From: Ruminococcaceae bacterium UBA1734
Lineage (GTDB): Bacteria > Bacillota > Clostridia > Oscillospirales > Acutalibacteraceae
Length of the DNA: 64,000 nucleotides
NCBI GenBank assembly: GCA_002315765.1
Contig: DCIE01000070.1
Span: forward strand, 14,628-78,627
Direction: 5' to 3'
The stretch's first letter is position 1, and every line of letters begins with the position of its first letter. The translations under genes were made by a program, and so were the position numbers. The notes beneath the pieces are model-generated. The model did no database searches. It had not been told where the DNA came from and saw only the letters and a list, made by a program, of their open reading frames with translations. Of this stretch, positions 29,875 to 39,943 are shown piece by piece.

Positions 29875-31188
29875 ATGTTAGACATAAGATTTATTTGTGA
29901 AAATCCTGATGTTGTTAAGGATAACATCAAGAAAAAGTTTAAAGAGGACAAGCTACCGTTAGTTGATAGCGTTATCGAGCTTTATAAGGAAAAGTGCGAT
30001 ACCAATACAAAGGCTAATGATTTACGGGCAAACCGTAATAAAATCAGTAAACAAATCGGTATGTTAATGGGACAAGGCAAAAAAGACGAAGCCGAAGAAA
30101 TGAAACGACTTGTTTCTCAACAGGCCGAAGAATTAAAGGCTTTAGAGGATAGGGAAGCCGAGCTTGAAGCAAAGGTTAAGGAAATTCAAATGAAAATCCC
30201 TAACATTGTTGACGACAGTGTTCCTGTGGGAAAAGATGACAGTGAAAATGTGGAGGTTCAGCAGTTCGGAGAACAAACCAATCCGGATTTTGAAGTTCCT
30301 TATCATACAGATATTATGGCTTTGTTTGACGGTATTGATAAAGAATCTGCAGGTAAGGTTGCCGGGGAAGGCTTTTATTATCTTTGCGGAGATATTGCCC
30401 GTATGCACTCTGCAGTAACTGCTTATGCCCGTGATTTTATGATTGATAAGGGCTTTACCTATTGTATCCCTCCCTTTATGATTCGTTCAAATGTTGTTAC
30501 AGGTGTAATGAGTTTTGAAGAAATGGATGCAATGATGTACAAAATCGAAGGAGAAGATTTGTACCTTATCGGCACTTCGGAACATTCAATGATTGGTAGA
30601 TTTATCGATTCTATAACACCGGAAGAAAAATTACCTCTCACCCTTACAAGTTATTCTCCTTGCTTCCGTAAGGAAAAGGGTGCTCACGGCATTGAGGAAA
30701 GAGGTATTTACCGTATTCACCAGTTTGAAAAGCAGGAAATGATTGTAATTTGCAAACCCGAAGAGAGTATGGAATGGTTTAACAAAATGTGGAGTTATTC
30801 CGTTGAGCTTTTCAGAAGTCTTGACATTCCCGTTCGTACCCTTGAGTGTTGCACAGGCGATTTGGCTGATTTAAAGGTTAAATCTTATGATGTTGAGGCT
30901 TGGAGTCCCAAGCAAAAGAAGTATTTTGAGGTTTGTTCCTGTTCTAACCTGGGCGATGCACAATCAAGAAGACTCGGCATCAGGGTTAAGGATAAGGACG
31001 GCAAGAAGTATTTAGCACACACCCTTAACAATACGGTTGTCGCACCACCTCGTATGCTTATTGCACTTCTTGAGAATAATCTCACCTTTGACGGCGAGTA
31101 TTACAGTGTAAAAATCCCCAAAGCCTTACAACCTTATATGGGCGGCAAAACCGAAATAAAGGCTATTAACAAATATCAAGGTAAATAA
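29875..31188 (+). CDS. serS: seryl-tRNA synthetase
   Basis: Start moved to MLDIRFICENPDVVKDNIKKK (SD ggagga). Coiled-coil arm, then class II motifs ..YSPCFRKEKGAHG..GIYRIHQFEKQEM.., ..NNTVVAPPRMLIALLENN. Confidence 0.9.
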   Translation: MLDIRFICENPDVVKDNIKKKFKEDKLPLVDSVIELYKEKCDTNTKANDLRANRNKISKQIGMLMGQGKKDEAEEMKRLVSQQAEELKALEDREAELEAKVKEIQMKIPNIVDDSVPVGKDDSENVEVQQFGEQTNPDFEVPYHTDIMALFDGIDKESAGKVAGEGFYYLCGDIARMHSAVTAYARDFMIDKGFTYCIPPFMIRSNVVTGVMSFEEMDAMMYKIEGEDLYLIGTSEHSMIGRFIDSITPEEKLPLTLTSYSPCFRKEKGAHGIEERGIYRIHQFEKQEMIVICKPEESMEWFNKMWSYSVELFRSLDIPVRTLECCTGDLADLKVKSYDVEAWSPKQKKYFEVCSCSNLGDAQSRRLGIRVKDKDGKKYLAHTLNNTVVAPPRMLIALLENNLTFDGEYYSVKIPKALQPYMGGKTEIKAINKYQGK

Positions 31189-31191
31189 TTT

Positions 31192-31977
31192 ATGAATTCT
31201 AAAGAAAATTCAGTTGAAAAGAAAAAAAGCAAAATATGGCTTGTTTTACTTATTTTGTTTCTTTTAATATTTTTGTTTTCCGCCGGAGTTATAGTATATA
31301 AATTTTTACCCTCAAAAAACAATTTGCCGGCTAAATACGAAAATTCTTCGAAAAATGTTTCAAGCATAGCTTCAAAGGTACTTGCAAAAAATCCCATAGA
31401 TTTTAAGAGTCTTAAAAGTGATAACTGCGATGTTGTGGCGTGGATAAAGGTTGACGGCACCGTTATTGATTACCCAATTTTAATGAGTGGCGTAACTAAG
31501 GAAGAAAACTTTTATAATTACCACGATATTAATTTAAAGTATAAAAAAGCCGGATGTATTTTTATACAAAAGATTAATTCAAGTGATTTTTCCGATTTCA
31601 ATACAATGGTTTACGGACACAATATGTTAAACGGTACAATGTTCGGTACCTTAAAGAAGTTCAGAAACAAGGAATTTTTCAATAAAAACAGAAATATTTA
31701 TATTTATTTGCCGGGAAAGATTTTGCAGTATGATATTGTTTCGGCTTTTGTTCATGACGACCGTCATATCCTTAATTCTTATAATTTTTATACCGATGAA
31801 GGAAAAAACGAGTTTATAGAACTTTGTAAAAATCCGAAATTTTTAGTTAAAAATATTAAAGATTCCATAGATTTGGATACCAATGACAAACTTGTAACCT
31901 TAAGCACCTGCACATCAGCGGAGCACGAAAGGTATCTTGTTGTTGGAAAGCTTATTAAAGAAACCGAAACAGATTAA
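31192..31977 (+). CDS. srtB: class B sortase
   Basis: 261 aa with an N-terminal TM anchor. ..DVVAWIKVDGTVIDYPIL.., ..MVYGHNM.., catalytic TLSTCT. Confidence 0.8.
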   Translation: MNSKENSVEKKKSKIWLVLLILFLLIFLFSAGVIVYKFLPSKNNLPAKYENSSKNVSSIASKVLAKNPIDFKSLKSDNCDVVAWIKVDGTVIDYPILMSGVTKEENFYNYHDINLKYKKAGCIFIQKINSSDFSDFNTMVYGHNMLNGTMFGTLKKFRNKEFFNKNRNIYIYLPGKILQYDIVSAFVHDDRHILNSYNFYTDEGKNEFIELCKNPKFLVKNIKDSIDLDTNDKLVTLSTCTSAEHERYLVVGKLIKETETD

Positions 31978-32016
31978 ATCCAAGGTGTTATTTAGCAGAA
32001 AGGTAAGGTCATAAAA

Positions 32017-32943
32017 ATGGCATATTATTTTAATCCTAAATCTTTCGGTGCCGTTTTTTCGCTTCCTTCTTCTATTGTTGATGAGTGTATAAAATTAGCA
32101 ACCGCTACGCAACTTAAGGTCGCACTTTATATTTACAGAAACTCTGCTTCCGGTATCGATGTTACCGAAATTTCACAAAAATTAGGAATTTCTTCCAATG
32201 ATGTAGAGGATGCACTTGTTTTTTGGAAGCAAAGGGAAATTCTTTGTGATGACTCTTTGGATAATTTAAAAGAAAAAAACCTCAAGAAAGTTGCCACCGA
32301 AAAGAACGAAAAGCCTTCACGGAAGGATGTTGTTACCCGTGGTCTTGAAGATTCAAATATTGCTTTAATTTTAAGAGATGCTCAAATTAAATTCGGCAGA
32401 AACTTGAAAACCAACGAATCTTCAGCGCTTGTATATTTCTATGACGATTTGGGACTTGATGTTACTGTAATCTTGTTTTTGTTACAGTACGCCGTAAGTC
32501 TCGGCAAAATGAATGTAAGATTTCTCGAAAAAACTGCCGTTCGATGGGCAAATGAAGATGTATCTTCCGTTGCCGATGCCGAAAGCTTAATCTCAAGTGA
32601 TATAAAAGCGGAGCTTTCTTGGAAAAGAGTTTTAAATTGCTTTGGAATAGAAAAAAGGAAGCCCAGCGAAAAAGAGTTGTCTTGTGCAAAATTATGGTTT
32701 GATGAATGGGCGCTTGATGATGAAGTGCTAACATTGGCTTATAATGTTTGTGTTGATACAAAATCTAAATTTTTATTTGGTTATACTGCAAAAATCATAG
32801 AAAATTGGAAGAAAGACGGTTTGGTTAAAGCTGAAAGCATTAAGGAATACTTGGCTTCAGGCTCGAACAGTAAGATTAGTAATGACTATGCGGCTTATGA
32901 TTTGGACTTGTACGAAAAAATGATTGATTCGGAGGATAAGTGA
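32017..32943 (+). CDS. DnaD-domain replication initiation / helicase-loading protein
   Basis: 308 aa with two DnaD-like repeats (..LVYFYDDLGLDVTVILFLLQYAV..; ..AKLWFDEWALDDEVLTLAYNVCVD..). Confidence 0.7.
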   Translation: MAYYFNPKSFGAVFSLPSSIVDECIKLATATQLKVALYIYRNSASGIDVTEISQKLGISSNDVEDALVFWKQREILCDDSLDNLKEKNLKKVATEKNEKPSRKDVVTRGLEDSNIALILRDAQIKFGRNLKTNESSALVYFYDDLGLDVTVILFLLQYAVSLGKMNVRFLEKTAVRWANEDVSSVADAESLISSDIKAELSWKRVLNCFGIEKRKPSEKELSCAKLWFDEWALDDEVLTLAYNVCVDTKSKFLFGYTAKIIENWKKDGLVKAESIKEYLASGSNSKISNDYAAYDLDLYEKMIDSEDK

Positions 32944-32945
32944 TT

Positions 32946-33902
32946 ATGAATAAAAACAATGCCTATGCAATCATTTTAGATGAACAGAAAAAAGAACTTC
33001 GCCAAAGAAAATACGCTTATGATAATAAATTGGAAAATTTAAAAATCACCAATAAGGAATATACAGATATTTGTAATAAAATGTCTGCTATTTGTTCTCA
33101 AACGGTTACTCTTAGTTTATCAGGTAATACTAAGCGGGTTGAGGAGCTTGGTGTTGAGTTTTCAAAGCTTAAGAAAGTTAAAGAAGCTTTATTGGCTGCT
33201 GAAAATATTGAGCCCTTTAAGTATAATTGTAATTTATGTAATGATGAAGGCACTGTAAACGGAGAATATTGCTCCTGCGTTAAAAACAAGGCTAAAAAAT
33301 TAATTGCCCGGGAATATTCCGAAAATATCCCCCTTAATGATTGTTCTTTTGAGAATTTTAACCTTAATTATTATACCGATGAGGTTATCGGTGATGTTTC
33401 TCCGAAAAAAAGAATGACATCAATATTCAAATTTTTAAAGGAATACACCATCAATTTCAATCCCAATACATCTGAAAATATTTTGGTTTGCGGAGGAACC
33501 GGACTCGGCAAAACCCATTTATCTCTTGCAATTTTAAAAGAACTTATTAATAGGGAATATAATGTTTTGTATTTTCCTTCCTTTAATTTGTTTACAAAAA
33601 TTGAAAATGAACATTTTAATTTACATGTAAATACTACATATGACAGCATTTTGGATTGCGACCTTCTGATTATTGACGATTTAGGCAGCGAATGTTTGTC
33701 GCCTTACGGTCAATCGGTGTTTTATCATATTATTAATTCAAGAATTTTGTCTAAAAAACCTACGATTATTAATACCAATCTTACAATGCGTGATATAGAA
33801 ATCAAATATTCACCCAGAGTTTCTTCGAGAATTATGGGACTTTATGTTACCAAAAAATTTATCGGTAAGGATATTAGACAGTTAAAATTAATGGAGAAAT
33901 AG
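32946..33902 (+). CDS. DnaI/DnaC-like helicase-loader ATPase
   Basis: Start moved to ATG 32946 (SD ggagga). N-terminal Zn motif CNLCNDEGTVNGEYCSC. Walker A GGTGLGKTHL and Walker B LLIIDDLG. Confidence 0.75.
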   Translation: MNKNNAYAIILDEQKKELRQRKYAYDNKLENLKITNKEYTDICNKMSAICSQTVTLSLSGNTKRVEELGVEFSKLKKVKEALLAAENIEPFKYNCNLCNDEGTVNGEYCSCVKNKAKKLIAREYSENIPLNDCSFENFNLNYYTDEVIGDVSPKKRMTSIFKFLKEYTINFNPNTSENILVCGGTGLGKTHLSLAILKELINREYNVLYFPSFNLFTKIENEHFNLHVNTTYDSILDCDLLIIDDLGSECLSPYGQSVFYHIINSRILSKKPTIINTNLTMRDIEIKYSPRVSSRIMGLYVTKKFIGKDIRQLKLMEK

Positions 33903-33948
33903 TCATATTGTACATATATCACAAATTGTATAAAATTGTTAATTTTTG

Positions 33949-33977
33949 TTGAAATTGAAGTTTTGATGTGATATAAT
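33949..33977 (+). promoter_or_regulatory. extended -10 sigma-A promoter of the small plus-strand glycan module
   Basis: TTGAAA, 17-nt spacer, TGaTATAAT (33969-33977). Confidence 0.6.
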
Positions 33978-34031
33978 GTCAATGCTTATTTTGGTTTAAT
34001 GTTATCATTGCTTTAATTCTTATGTAAAGGT

Positions 34032-34667
34032 TTGAGTAAACTGAACAATAAATGTATTTACCGTTTTGTAAAAAGACTACTTGATATTATTTTTTCTTTA
34101 ATCGGTATAATTATTACATCACCGATTTTAATAGTTGTTTCATTGCTTGTTAAGTTTTGGGATTTCGGTCCCGTGATTTACAAATCCCCGAGAATTGGAC
34201 TTAACGGCAGAAAAATCGGGGTTCTTAAATTCAGGAGTATGAAAGTAGGCTCCGACCATTTGGAAGACTTTTTTTCAAAGGAAGAACTCGACAGTTTTAA
34301 AAGCGAGTTCAAGATTGAGCATGACCGCCGTGTTACCGGCATTGGTAAATTTATTAGAAAGACAAGCATTGATGAGTTACCTCAGTTATTCAATGTTTTG
34401 ATTGGTGATATGTCCCTTGTGGGACCAAGGCCCATAACCGAAGAAGAACTGCAAAAGTACGGTAACGACCGTGATTTGCTTTTATCGGTTAAACCTGGTG
34501 CTACCGGTCTTTGGCAATGTTCAGGTAGAAACAAACTAACCTATACCGACGGTAAAAGACAGGCGATTGAGCTTAAATATGTAAGAGAGCAATCTTTTTT
34601 ATTGGATTTAAAAATCATTTTTAAAACATTTTTGGCTGTATTTAAGTATGATGATATTGTTCAGTGA
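34032..34667 (+). CDS. small bacterial sugar transferase (undecaprenyl-phosphate phosphoglycosyl transferase, EpsL/WbaP-C type)
   Basis: 211 aa with a TTG start and one N-terminal TM. ..GPVIYKSPRIGLNGR.., ..SIDELPQLFNVLIGDMSLVGPRP.., ..KPGATGLWQ. Confidence 0.85.
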   Translation: MSKLNNKCIYRFVKRLLDIIFSLIGIIITSPILIVVSLLVKFWDFGPVIYKSPRIGLNGRKIGVLKFRSMKVGSDHLEDFFSKEELDSFKSEFKIEHDRRVTGIGKFIRKTSIDELPQLFNVLIGDMSLVGPRPITEEELQKYGNDRDLLLSVKPGATGLWQCSGRNKLTYTDGKRQAIELKYVREQSFLLDLKIIFKTFLAVFKYDDIVQ

Positions 34668-34683
34668 TTTTCAGGAGATTTGA

Positions 34684-35460
34684 ATGAAGGATATTAAGGT
34701 AATTGTTGCAACGCATAAGAATTATAATATGCCTAAAGATTCTATGTATCTACCTCTTCAGGTAGGCGCAGAGGGTAAGGTATCTCTTGGATATACTCCC
34801 GATAATACCGGCGATAATATTTCCGAAAAAAATCCCTATTTTTGCGAATTGACGGGAATGTACTGGGCTTGGAAAAACCTTAATAACGATTATATCGGGC
34901 TTGTGCATTATCGTAGACATTTTGTATCACAAAGAAAGTCTAAGGATTTTTTTGATTGTGTTTTGTCGTTAAGCCAAGCCGACAAAATGCTTAATGAAGC
35001 CGATGTTATCTTGCCTAAACTTCGTAATTATTATATTGAAAATTTATATGACCATTATAAGCACACTATGTATATTGAGCCCCTTGATGAGGCAGGGGAA
35101 ATACTAAAAGAATTTTATCCCGAGTATTCTGATGAGTTTAATCTTTTAAAAACACGCAAAACTGCCCATATGTTTAATATGTTTATAATGAAACGGGAAG
35201 TTTTTTGCGACTACTGTCAGTGGATTTTTGATATTCTTGATAAACTTGACCAACGAATTGATAAGTCCCGGTATGATTCTTTTCACGCAAGGTATTTAGG
35301 TAGAATTAGCGAACTGCTTTTAGATGTTTATATTAATACAAACAATATTAAATATGTTGAGGCAAGGGTTTCAAGCCCCGAAAAGACAAATTGGCTTGTT
35401 AAAGGTTCAGGTTTTTTAAAAGCAAAGTTTTTCGGTTCAAAGTACGGAAAAAGTTTTTAA
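34684..35460 (+). CDS. DUF4422-type putative glycosyltransferase
   Basis: 258 aa. ..IKVIVATHKNYNMPKDSMYLPLQVGA..., ..NPYFCELTGMYWAWKN..GLVHYRRHF. Confidence 0.65.
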   Translation: MKDIKVIVATHKNYNMPKDSMYLPLQVGAEGKVSLGYTPDNTGDNISEKNPYFCELTGMYWAWKNLNNDYIGLVHYRRHFVSQRKSKDFFDCVLSLSQADKMLNEADVILPKLRNYYIENLYDHYKHTMYIEPLDEAGEILKEFYPEYSDEFNLLKTRKTAHMFNMFIMKREVFCDYCQWIFDILDKLDQRIDKSRYDSFHARYLGRISELLLDVYINTNNIKYVEARVSSPEKTNWLVKGSGFLKAKFFGSKYGKSF

Positions 35461-35511
35461 TAATAAGGGTAGTTTTTACTACTCTTAATTTATGCAATAG
35501 AGGTATGTATA

Positions 35512-36609
35512 ATGGATAACAACGAGAAGGATTTAATGAGTTTTTCAAACAGCGAAAATATTGATATAAGCAGTAGCAGTCATAGTAAACATTCTGCGAA
35601 AAAAAGAAAACGCAAAAAAAGTAAAAAAAGAACCTTAAAAATTCTTTGCATTATTTTGGCTGTGATTTTTGCCTTGTTAGCTGCCGGTTTAATATTTGCC
35701 AATTCACTGCTTGGCAAGGTTAATAAATCTAAGGATTTCAATGAAGATTCTCTTGGTGCAAATGATGTATTTAAAGACAGTAATGTTAAGAATATTGCCT
35801 TTTTCGGTATTGACTCAAGAAAGAATTCTTTTTCCGGCAGGTCGGATTCTATAATGATTGTAACCCTTGATAAAAAGCACGATAAGATTAAACTTTCTTC
35901 AATCGCAAGAGATACTTATGTTGCCATTGACGGACACGACCATGATAAACTTACCCATGCTTATGTTTTCGGCGGTGCGGAACTGGCAGTTAAAACATTA
36001 AACCAAAACTTTAATCTTGATATTACCGATTATGTAACAACCAATTTCTTTGGATTTACTTCATTAATTGACAGTATCGGTGGGGTAGAGTTGGATGTTG
36101 ATTCTCAGGAAATGGATATAATTAATAATAAATATTACAGAGAGTTAAACAGAATAGGACTTACTTACGATAAGCTTACAACTACAGGAATGCAAACCTT
36201 AACCGGTGCCCAAGCACTTGCATATTCAAGAAACAGATATTCCGCCGGTGGCGATGTTGACCGTGGTAACAAACAAAAGGAAGTACTGTCTGTTGTTTAC
36301 GACAAGGTTAAAAAGGTTTCCTTAACAAAATACCCCGGTATGGTTTCATCTTTGCTTGAAAACTGCGAAACATCTCTTTCAAATAAGGAAATACTCGGTT
36401 ATGCCGCCTGGGCAGCAACAAGTTCTCCTACGATTGAAAACCTTTCATTACCCGATAAGGAATGTAATCCAAAGAGTGGTAGCGAAGCTTTTAAGAACGG
36501 TGTTTGGTACTACTTCTACGATATGGATATTGCTACAAAGAAGTTGCACGATTTCATTAACGATGTTATGCCATCATCTTCTTCCGAAACATCAAGTGTA
36601 GCAAATTAA
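35512..36609 (+). CDS. LytR-CpsA-Psr (LCP) family glycopolymer-to-peptidoglycan ligase
   Basis: 365 aa. Lys/Arg-rich cytoplasmic tail, one TM, then ..FFGIDSR...RSDSIMIVTLD.., ..SIARDTYV.., ..ALAYSRNRY. Confidence 0.85.
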   Translation: MDNNEKDLMSFSNSENIDISSSSHSKHSAKKRKRKKSKKRTLKILCIILAVIFALLAAGLIFANSLLGKVNKSKDFNEDSLGANDVFKDSNVKNIAFFGIDSRKNSFSGRSDSIMIVTLDKKHDKIKLSSIARDTYVAIDGHDHDKLTHAYVFGGAELAVKTLNQNFNLDITDYVTTNFFGFTSLIDSIGGVELDVDSQEMDIINNKYYRELNRIGLTYDKLTTTGMQTLTGAQALAYSRNRYSAGGDVDRGNKQKEVLSVVYDKVKKVSLTKYPGMVSSLLENCETSLSNKEILGYAAWAATSSPTIENLSLPDKECNPKSGSEAFKNGVWYYFYDMDIATKKLHDFINDVMPSSSSETSSVAN

Positions 36610-36630
36610 CAGCTTAAATATAATATAGCA

Positions 36631-36674
36631 ACAGCCACCGCAAGTAATAAATTGCGGTGGCTGTAATTTTTATT
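36631..36674. terminator. bidirectional terminator between the LCP gene and guaB
   Basis: acagccaccgcaa-gtaataaa-ttgcggtggctgt perfect 13-bp stem, then aatttttatt. Confidence 0.8.
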
Positions 36675-36695
36675 AAGTGAATAATTAATAATTGT

Positions 36696-38204
36696 TTATT
36701 TTATTGTACCGAGAGAAGTTTCCTTTTGAATAACATCATGTGCTCCGCCTTCAACAATACTTGTTGCAGAAACAAGGGTTAGTTTTGCATTCTTTCTGAA
36801 ATCAGGAATGTTCAGTGAGCCGCAATTACACATTGTGGATTTAACCTTGCTGAGTGATAAAGCAACATTGTCTTTTAGGGCACCGGCATAGGGAACATAG
36901 GAGTCAACGCCTTCTTCAAAGTGAAGCTTTTTGTCGCCGCCTAAATCGTATCTTTGCCAATTTCTTGCTCTGTTTGAACCTTCGCCCCAATACTCCTTAT
37001 AGTAATTGCCGTTTAGCGAAACACGGTTTGTGGGACTTTCGTCAAATCTTGCGAAATATCTTCCCAGCATTAAGAAATCGGCACCCATAGCAAGTGCCAA
37101 TGTCATATGATGGTCATGAACAATTCCTCCGTCGGAACAAACCGGAATATAAATTCCTGTTTCCTCAAAGTATTCATCACGGGCGTTGCAAACATCAATT
37201 AATGCAGTGGCTTGTCCTCGACCGATACCTTTTGTTTCTCGGGTAATGCAAATCGAACCGCCTCCGATACCGACTTTAATAAAATCGGCACCTGCTTTGG
37301 CAAGGAATAAAAATCCTTCCTTATCTACTACATTACCGGCGCCGACCTTTACGGTATCGCCGTATTTTTCTCTGATAAAAGAAATTGTTCTTGACTGCCA
37401 TTCGCTAAATCCTTCCGAGGAATCAATGCAAAGAACATCGGCACCTGCTTCGATTAATGCAGGAACTCTTTCTTCATAGTCTCTTGTGTTAATTCCGGCA
37501 CCAACGACATATCTTTTTTGACTGTCTAACAATTCACACGGATTTTCTTTGTGAGCTTCATAGTCTTTTCTAAAGACAAAATACTTAAGTTTTCCGTCCT
37601 TATCAAGGATGGGTAGGGAATTGAGTTTGTTATCCCAAATAATATCGTTAGCTTCCTTTAAAGAGGTGTTTTCCGGTGCAACAATCAGTTTTTCCAACGG
37701 TGTCATAAAGTCTTTAACAAGTGTATCTGCACTCATACGGCTGACACGGTAATCACGGCTTGTAACAATACCCAAAAGTTTTCCGTTTTCAGTACCGTCA
37801 GAGGTAACTGCAATGGTGGAATGTCCGTTTTTCTCTTTTAAATCTAAAATATCTTTTAATGTGCTTTCAGGTGAAATATTAGAATCGCTGATAACAAAAC
37901 CTGCTTTATATGCTTTTGCACGGGCTACCATTTTTGCTTCGTCTTCAACCGATTGAGAACCGTAAATGAAGGAAACACCGCCTTCTTTAGCAAGAGCAAC
38001 AGCCAACCTTTCGCCCGAAACAGACTGCATTATGGCGGATGTTAGGGGAATGTTCATTGAAATTGCCGGTTCTTCGCCTTTTTTGAATTTAACAAGGGGA
38101 GTTTTAAGGGAAACATTTGCCGGAATACATTCCGAAGAAGAATATCCGGGAACCAATAAATACTCGTTGAAAGTATGAGAAATCTCTTTAAAATAATAAG
38201 CCAT
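36696..38204 (-). CDS. guaB: IMP dehydrogenase
   Basis: Start moved to [26 protein letters not shown] pair in the middle. Catalytic loop [12 protein letters not shown]. ..[12 protein letters not shown]. Confidence 0.85.
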   Translation of the reverse strand: MAYYFKEISHTFNEYLLVPGYSSSECIPANVSLKTPLVKFKKGEEPAISMNIPLTSAIMQSVSGERLAVALAKEGGVSFIYGSQSVEDEAKMVARAKAYKAGFVISDSNISPESTLKDILDLKEKNGHSTIAVTSDGTENGKLLGIVTSRDYRVSRMSADTLVKDFMTPLEKLIVAPENTSLKEANDIIWDNKLNSLPILDKDGKLKYFVFRKDYEAHKENPCELLDSQKRYVVGAGINTRDYEERVPALIEAGADVLCIDSSEGFSEWQSRTISFIREKYGDTVKVGAGNVVDKEGFLFLAKAGADFIKVGIGGGSICITRETKGIGRGQATALIDVCNARDEYFEETGIYIPVCSDGGIVHDHHMTLALAMGADFLMLGRYFARFDESPTNRVSLNGNYYKEYWGEGSNRARNWQRYDLGGDKKLHFEEGVDSYVPYAGALKDNVALSLSKVKSTMCNCGSLNIPDFRKNAKLTLVSATSIVEGGAHDVIQKETSLGTIK

Positions 38205-38265
38205 AACGCCCTCCAAAAAAATATATTTTTACAATTATATAAAATTTAAGAATAAAAGTCAAGAA

Positions 38266-39006
38266 CTAAATTACATATCCGCCGTTTACTCCGAGTACTT
38301 GTCCTGTAATATAATCGGCAGAAGGGGAGGAGAGAAAATAAATTGCATCGGAAATCTCGCTTGGGGAACCCATTCGTCCCAGAGGGATTTCTTCCACAAA
38401 ATTATTAAGGTCTTCCACAGTAATATCGGAATTCATAGATGTTTCAATCAGTCCCGGTGCAACTGCGTTAACGGTAATTCCGCTTGGGGCTAATTCCTTT
38501 GCTAAGGCTTTTGTAAGTCCTATTACACCGGCTTTTGATGCAGAATAGGCTACCTCACAAGAAGCTCCGACTTGTCCCCACATGGAGGAAACATTAATAA
38601 TTTTACCGAACTTTTGCCCTATCATAAAAGGTGCAACACTTTTACAGCAATTATATACACCTTTTAAATTCACATCAAATATCATATCGGCATCAATATC
38701 GTCAATTTGTGTTATTGTCCCGATTTTCGAAATTCCGGCATTGTTTACTAAAATATCAATACCGCCGAATTTATCAACGACTTCCTTAACTAATAAATTT
38801 GTTTCAAGTTTATTTGAAACATCTGCTTTAAAAATCTCGACAGAGTATCCACGACTGTTAAGAGAATTTGCCAATATTTTGGCTGACTGAAAAGAATTAT
38901 TATAATTTATAGCAACATTAAAGCCTTTTTCGGCAAAAAGTATGGCTGTGGCAGCACCGATACCTTTTGAACCTCCTGTAATTAAAACGGTTTTTTTCAT
39001 AATCAA
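38266..39006 (-). CDS. short-chain dehydrogenase/reductase (3-oxoacyl-ACP reductase-like)
   Basis: 246 aa. TGGSKGIGAA, NNAG, catalytic YSASKAGVIGLTKALA. Confidence 0.75.
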   Translation of the reverse strand: MIMKKTVLITGGSKGIGAATAILFAEKGFNVAINYNNSFQSAKILANSLNSRGYSVEIFKADVSNKLETNLLVKEVVDKFGGIDILVNNAGISKIGTITQIDDIDADMIFDVNLKGVYNCCKSVAPFMIGQKFGKIINVSSMWGQVGASCEVAYSASKAGVIGLTKALAKELAPSGITVNAVAPGLIETSMNSDITVEDLNNFVEEIPLGRMGSPSEISDAIYFLSSPSADYITGQVLGVNGGYVI

Positions 39007-39135
39007 CGCCAGTCCTTTCTTTTAATCAATTATACCATTAACCTTTTATATAATCAATTAAAATAATTAGAATATCTTGTCCGATTGCTTCATAATAATT
39101 AATAAAAAAGATATTTTAAAAGAATGGGTGATTAT

Positions 39136-39771
39136 ATGAAAAATACAGTTGGAAGTGTTCTGAGTTTAAAAAAATTAAGAATTATTAAAATCCAAACTAA
39201 GGATAAAATTACATTTTTGTTCTATTTTTTGATTATTGGTGGCATTTTTATTGGGATTTTTTCTTCAAGCAAAAATACGGTAAATTTTAAAATAGGAGAT
39301 TATTTGCTTGAAAAATACTTATTGTTACATAAAAACAGCACAAATGTTCTTTTAATTTGTAAGACTTTTTTAAATTTTTTAACACTCGACATTTTGCTGT
39401 ATTTCTTGACAGTATCTTTGCTTGGAATAATTCTTATACCGTTTTATATGTTATCGTTGGGAATTATAGTAGGGACGGTTATTGCACAATCCTATGTAAT
39501 ATATCAGTTTAAAGGAATTGCTTTTAACGCTTTGGTATTAGCGCCCACATTGGCGGTGTTTATTATTTCGGTTGTAAGCGTATCAAAATATAATTTTGAG
39601 TTTTCGTCTAATTTATCAAAAATGTCATTTAACAAATTCACTAACGGAAATTTAGCAGAAAGATTTGCAAAGCTGACAAAAAAGAATATTATATTAATAA
39701 TTATGTCGCTGGTGGCATCATTGGTTGATTTTACATTAAACAAATTGGCAAACAGCCTTTTTAATTTATAG
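39136..39771 (+). CDS. SpoIIM-like (DUF95) integral membrane protein
   Basis: About 211 aa and 5-6 TM. The length, topology and ..SLLGIILIPFYMLSLGIIVGTVIAQ.. segment resemble stage II sporulation protein M. This is a by-eye match only. Start moved to ATG 39136 (SD gggtga). Confidence 0.45.
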   Translation: MKNTVGSVLSLKKLRIIKIQTKDKITFLFYFLIIGGIFIGIFSSSKNTVNFKIGDYLLEKYLLLHKNSTNVLLICKTFLNFLTLDILLYFLTVSLLGIILIPFYMLSLGIIVGTVIAQSYVIYQFKGIAFNALVLAPTLAVFIISVVSVSKYNFEFSSNLSKMSFNKFTNGNLAERFAKLTKKNIILIIMSLVASLVDFTLNKLANSLFNL

Positions 39772-39839
39772 GGAAAGGGCATCAAACTAAATATATAAGA
39801 AAAAAGCCGATATCACAAATCGGCTTGTACTTCTATATC

Positions 39840-39871
39840 TAATTATACAAAATGAATATTTTGTATAATTA
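39840..39871. repeat. perfect 14-bp-arm palindrome
   Basis: taattatacaaaat-gaat-attttgtataatta. The arms are exact reverse complements. Confidence 0.95.
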
Positions 39872-39886
39872 AGGGGAGAGGATGCG

Positions 39887-39943
39887 ATGAAATTGATAAG
39901 ACGGTGTTATTGTATTGTTAATTTGTGTGGTGCAACCCAATAA
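39887..39943 (+). CDS. possible 18-aa peptide MKLIRRCYCIVNLCGATQ, fully antisense to the candidate sRNA
   Basis: Strong SD aaggggagagg 5 nt upstream of the ATG, and a TAA stop. Too short to judge by composition, and no obvious dedicated promoter. Confidence 0.2.
   Translation: MKLIRRCYCIVNLCGATQ

Noticed and set aside
31192-33902. Sortase B plus the DnaD-domain and DnaC-like ATPase genes as a prophage or ICE replication-module remnant.
   Set aside because: There are no other phage or ICE genes and no compositional shift. The ATPase carries the N-terminal zinc motif typical of chromosomal DnaI. The pair fits the housekeeping helicase-loading system of Firmicutes.
33916-33974. The inverted repeat ATATCACA ... 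TGTGATAT around the promoter of the plus-strand glycan module as an invertible (phase-variable) promoter.
   Set aside because: The arms are only 8 bp, the segment is ~59 bp, and no invertase or recombinase gene is nearby. This is compatible with chance in AT-rich DNA or a simple operator.
35599-35629. Three A7 runs in the 5' part of the LCP gene as slipped-strand phase-variation tracts.
   Set aside because: They simply encode the Lys/Arg-rich cytoplasmic tail (KKRKRKKSKKR) typical of LCP proteins. Seven-nucleotide runs are shorter than tracts usually associated with phase variation.
39840-39871. The perfect palindrome as a CRISPR repeat, IS terminal inverted repeat or MITE.
   Set aside because: It is a single copy in the window, with no spacer-repeat periodicity, no flanking direct repeats and no transposase. 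It is better explained as a structural hairpin of the candidate sRNA or as an operator.
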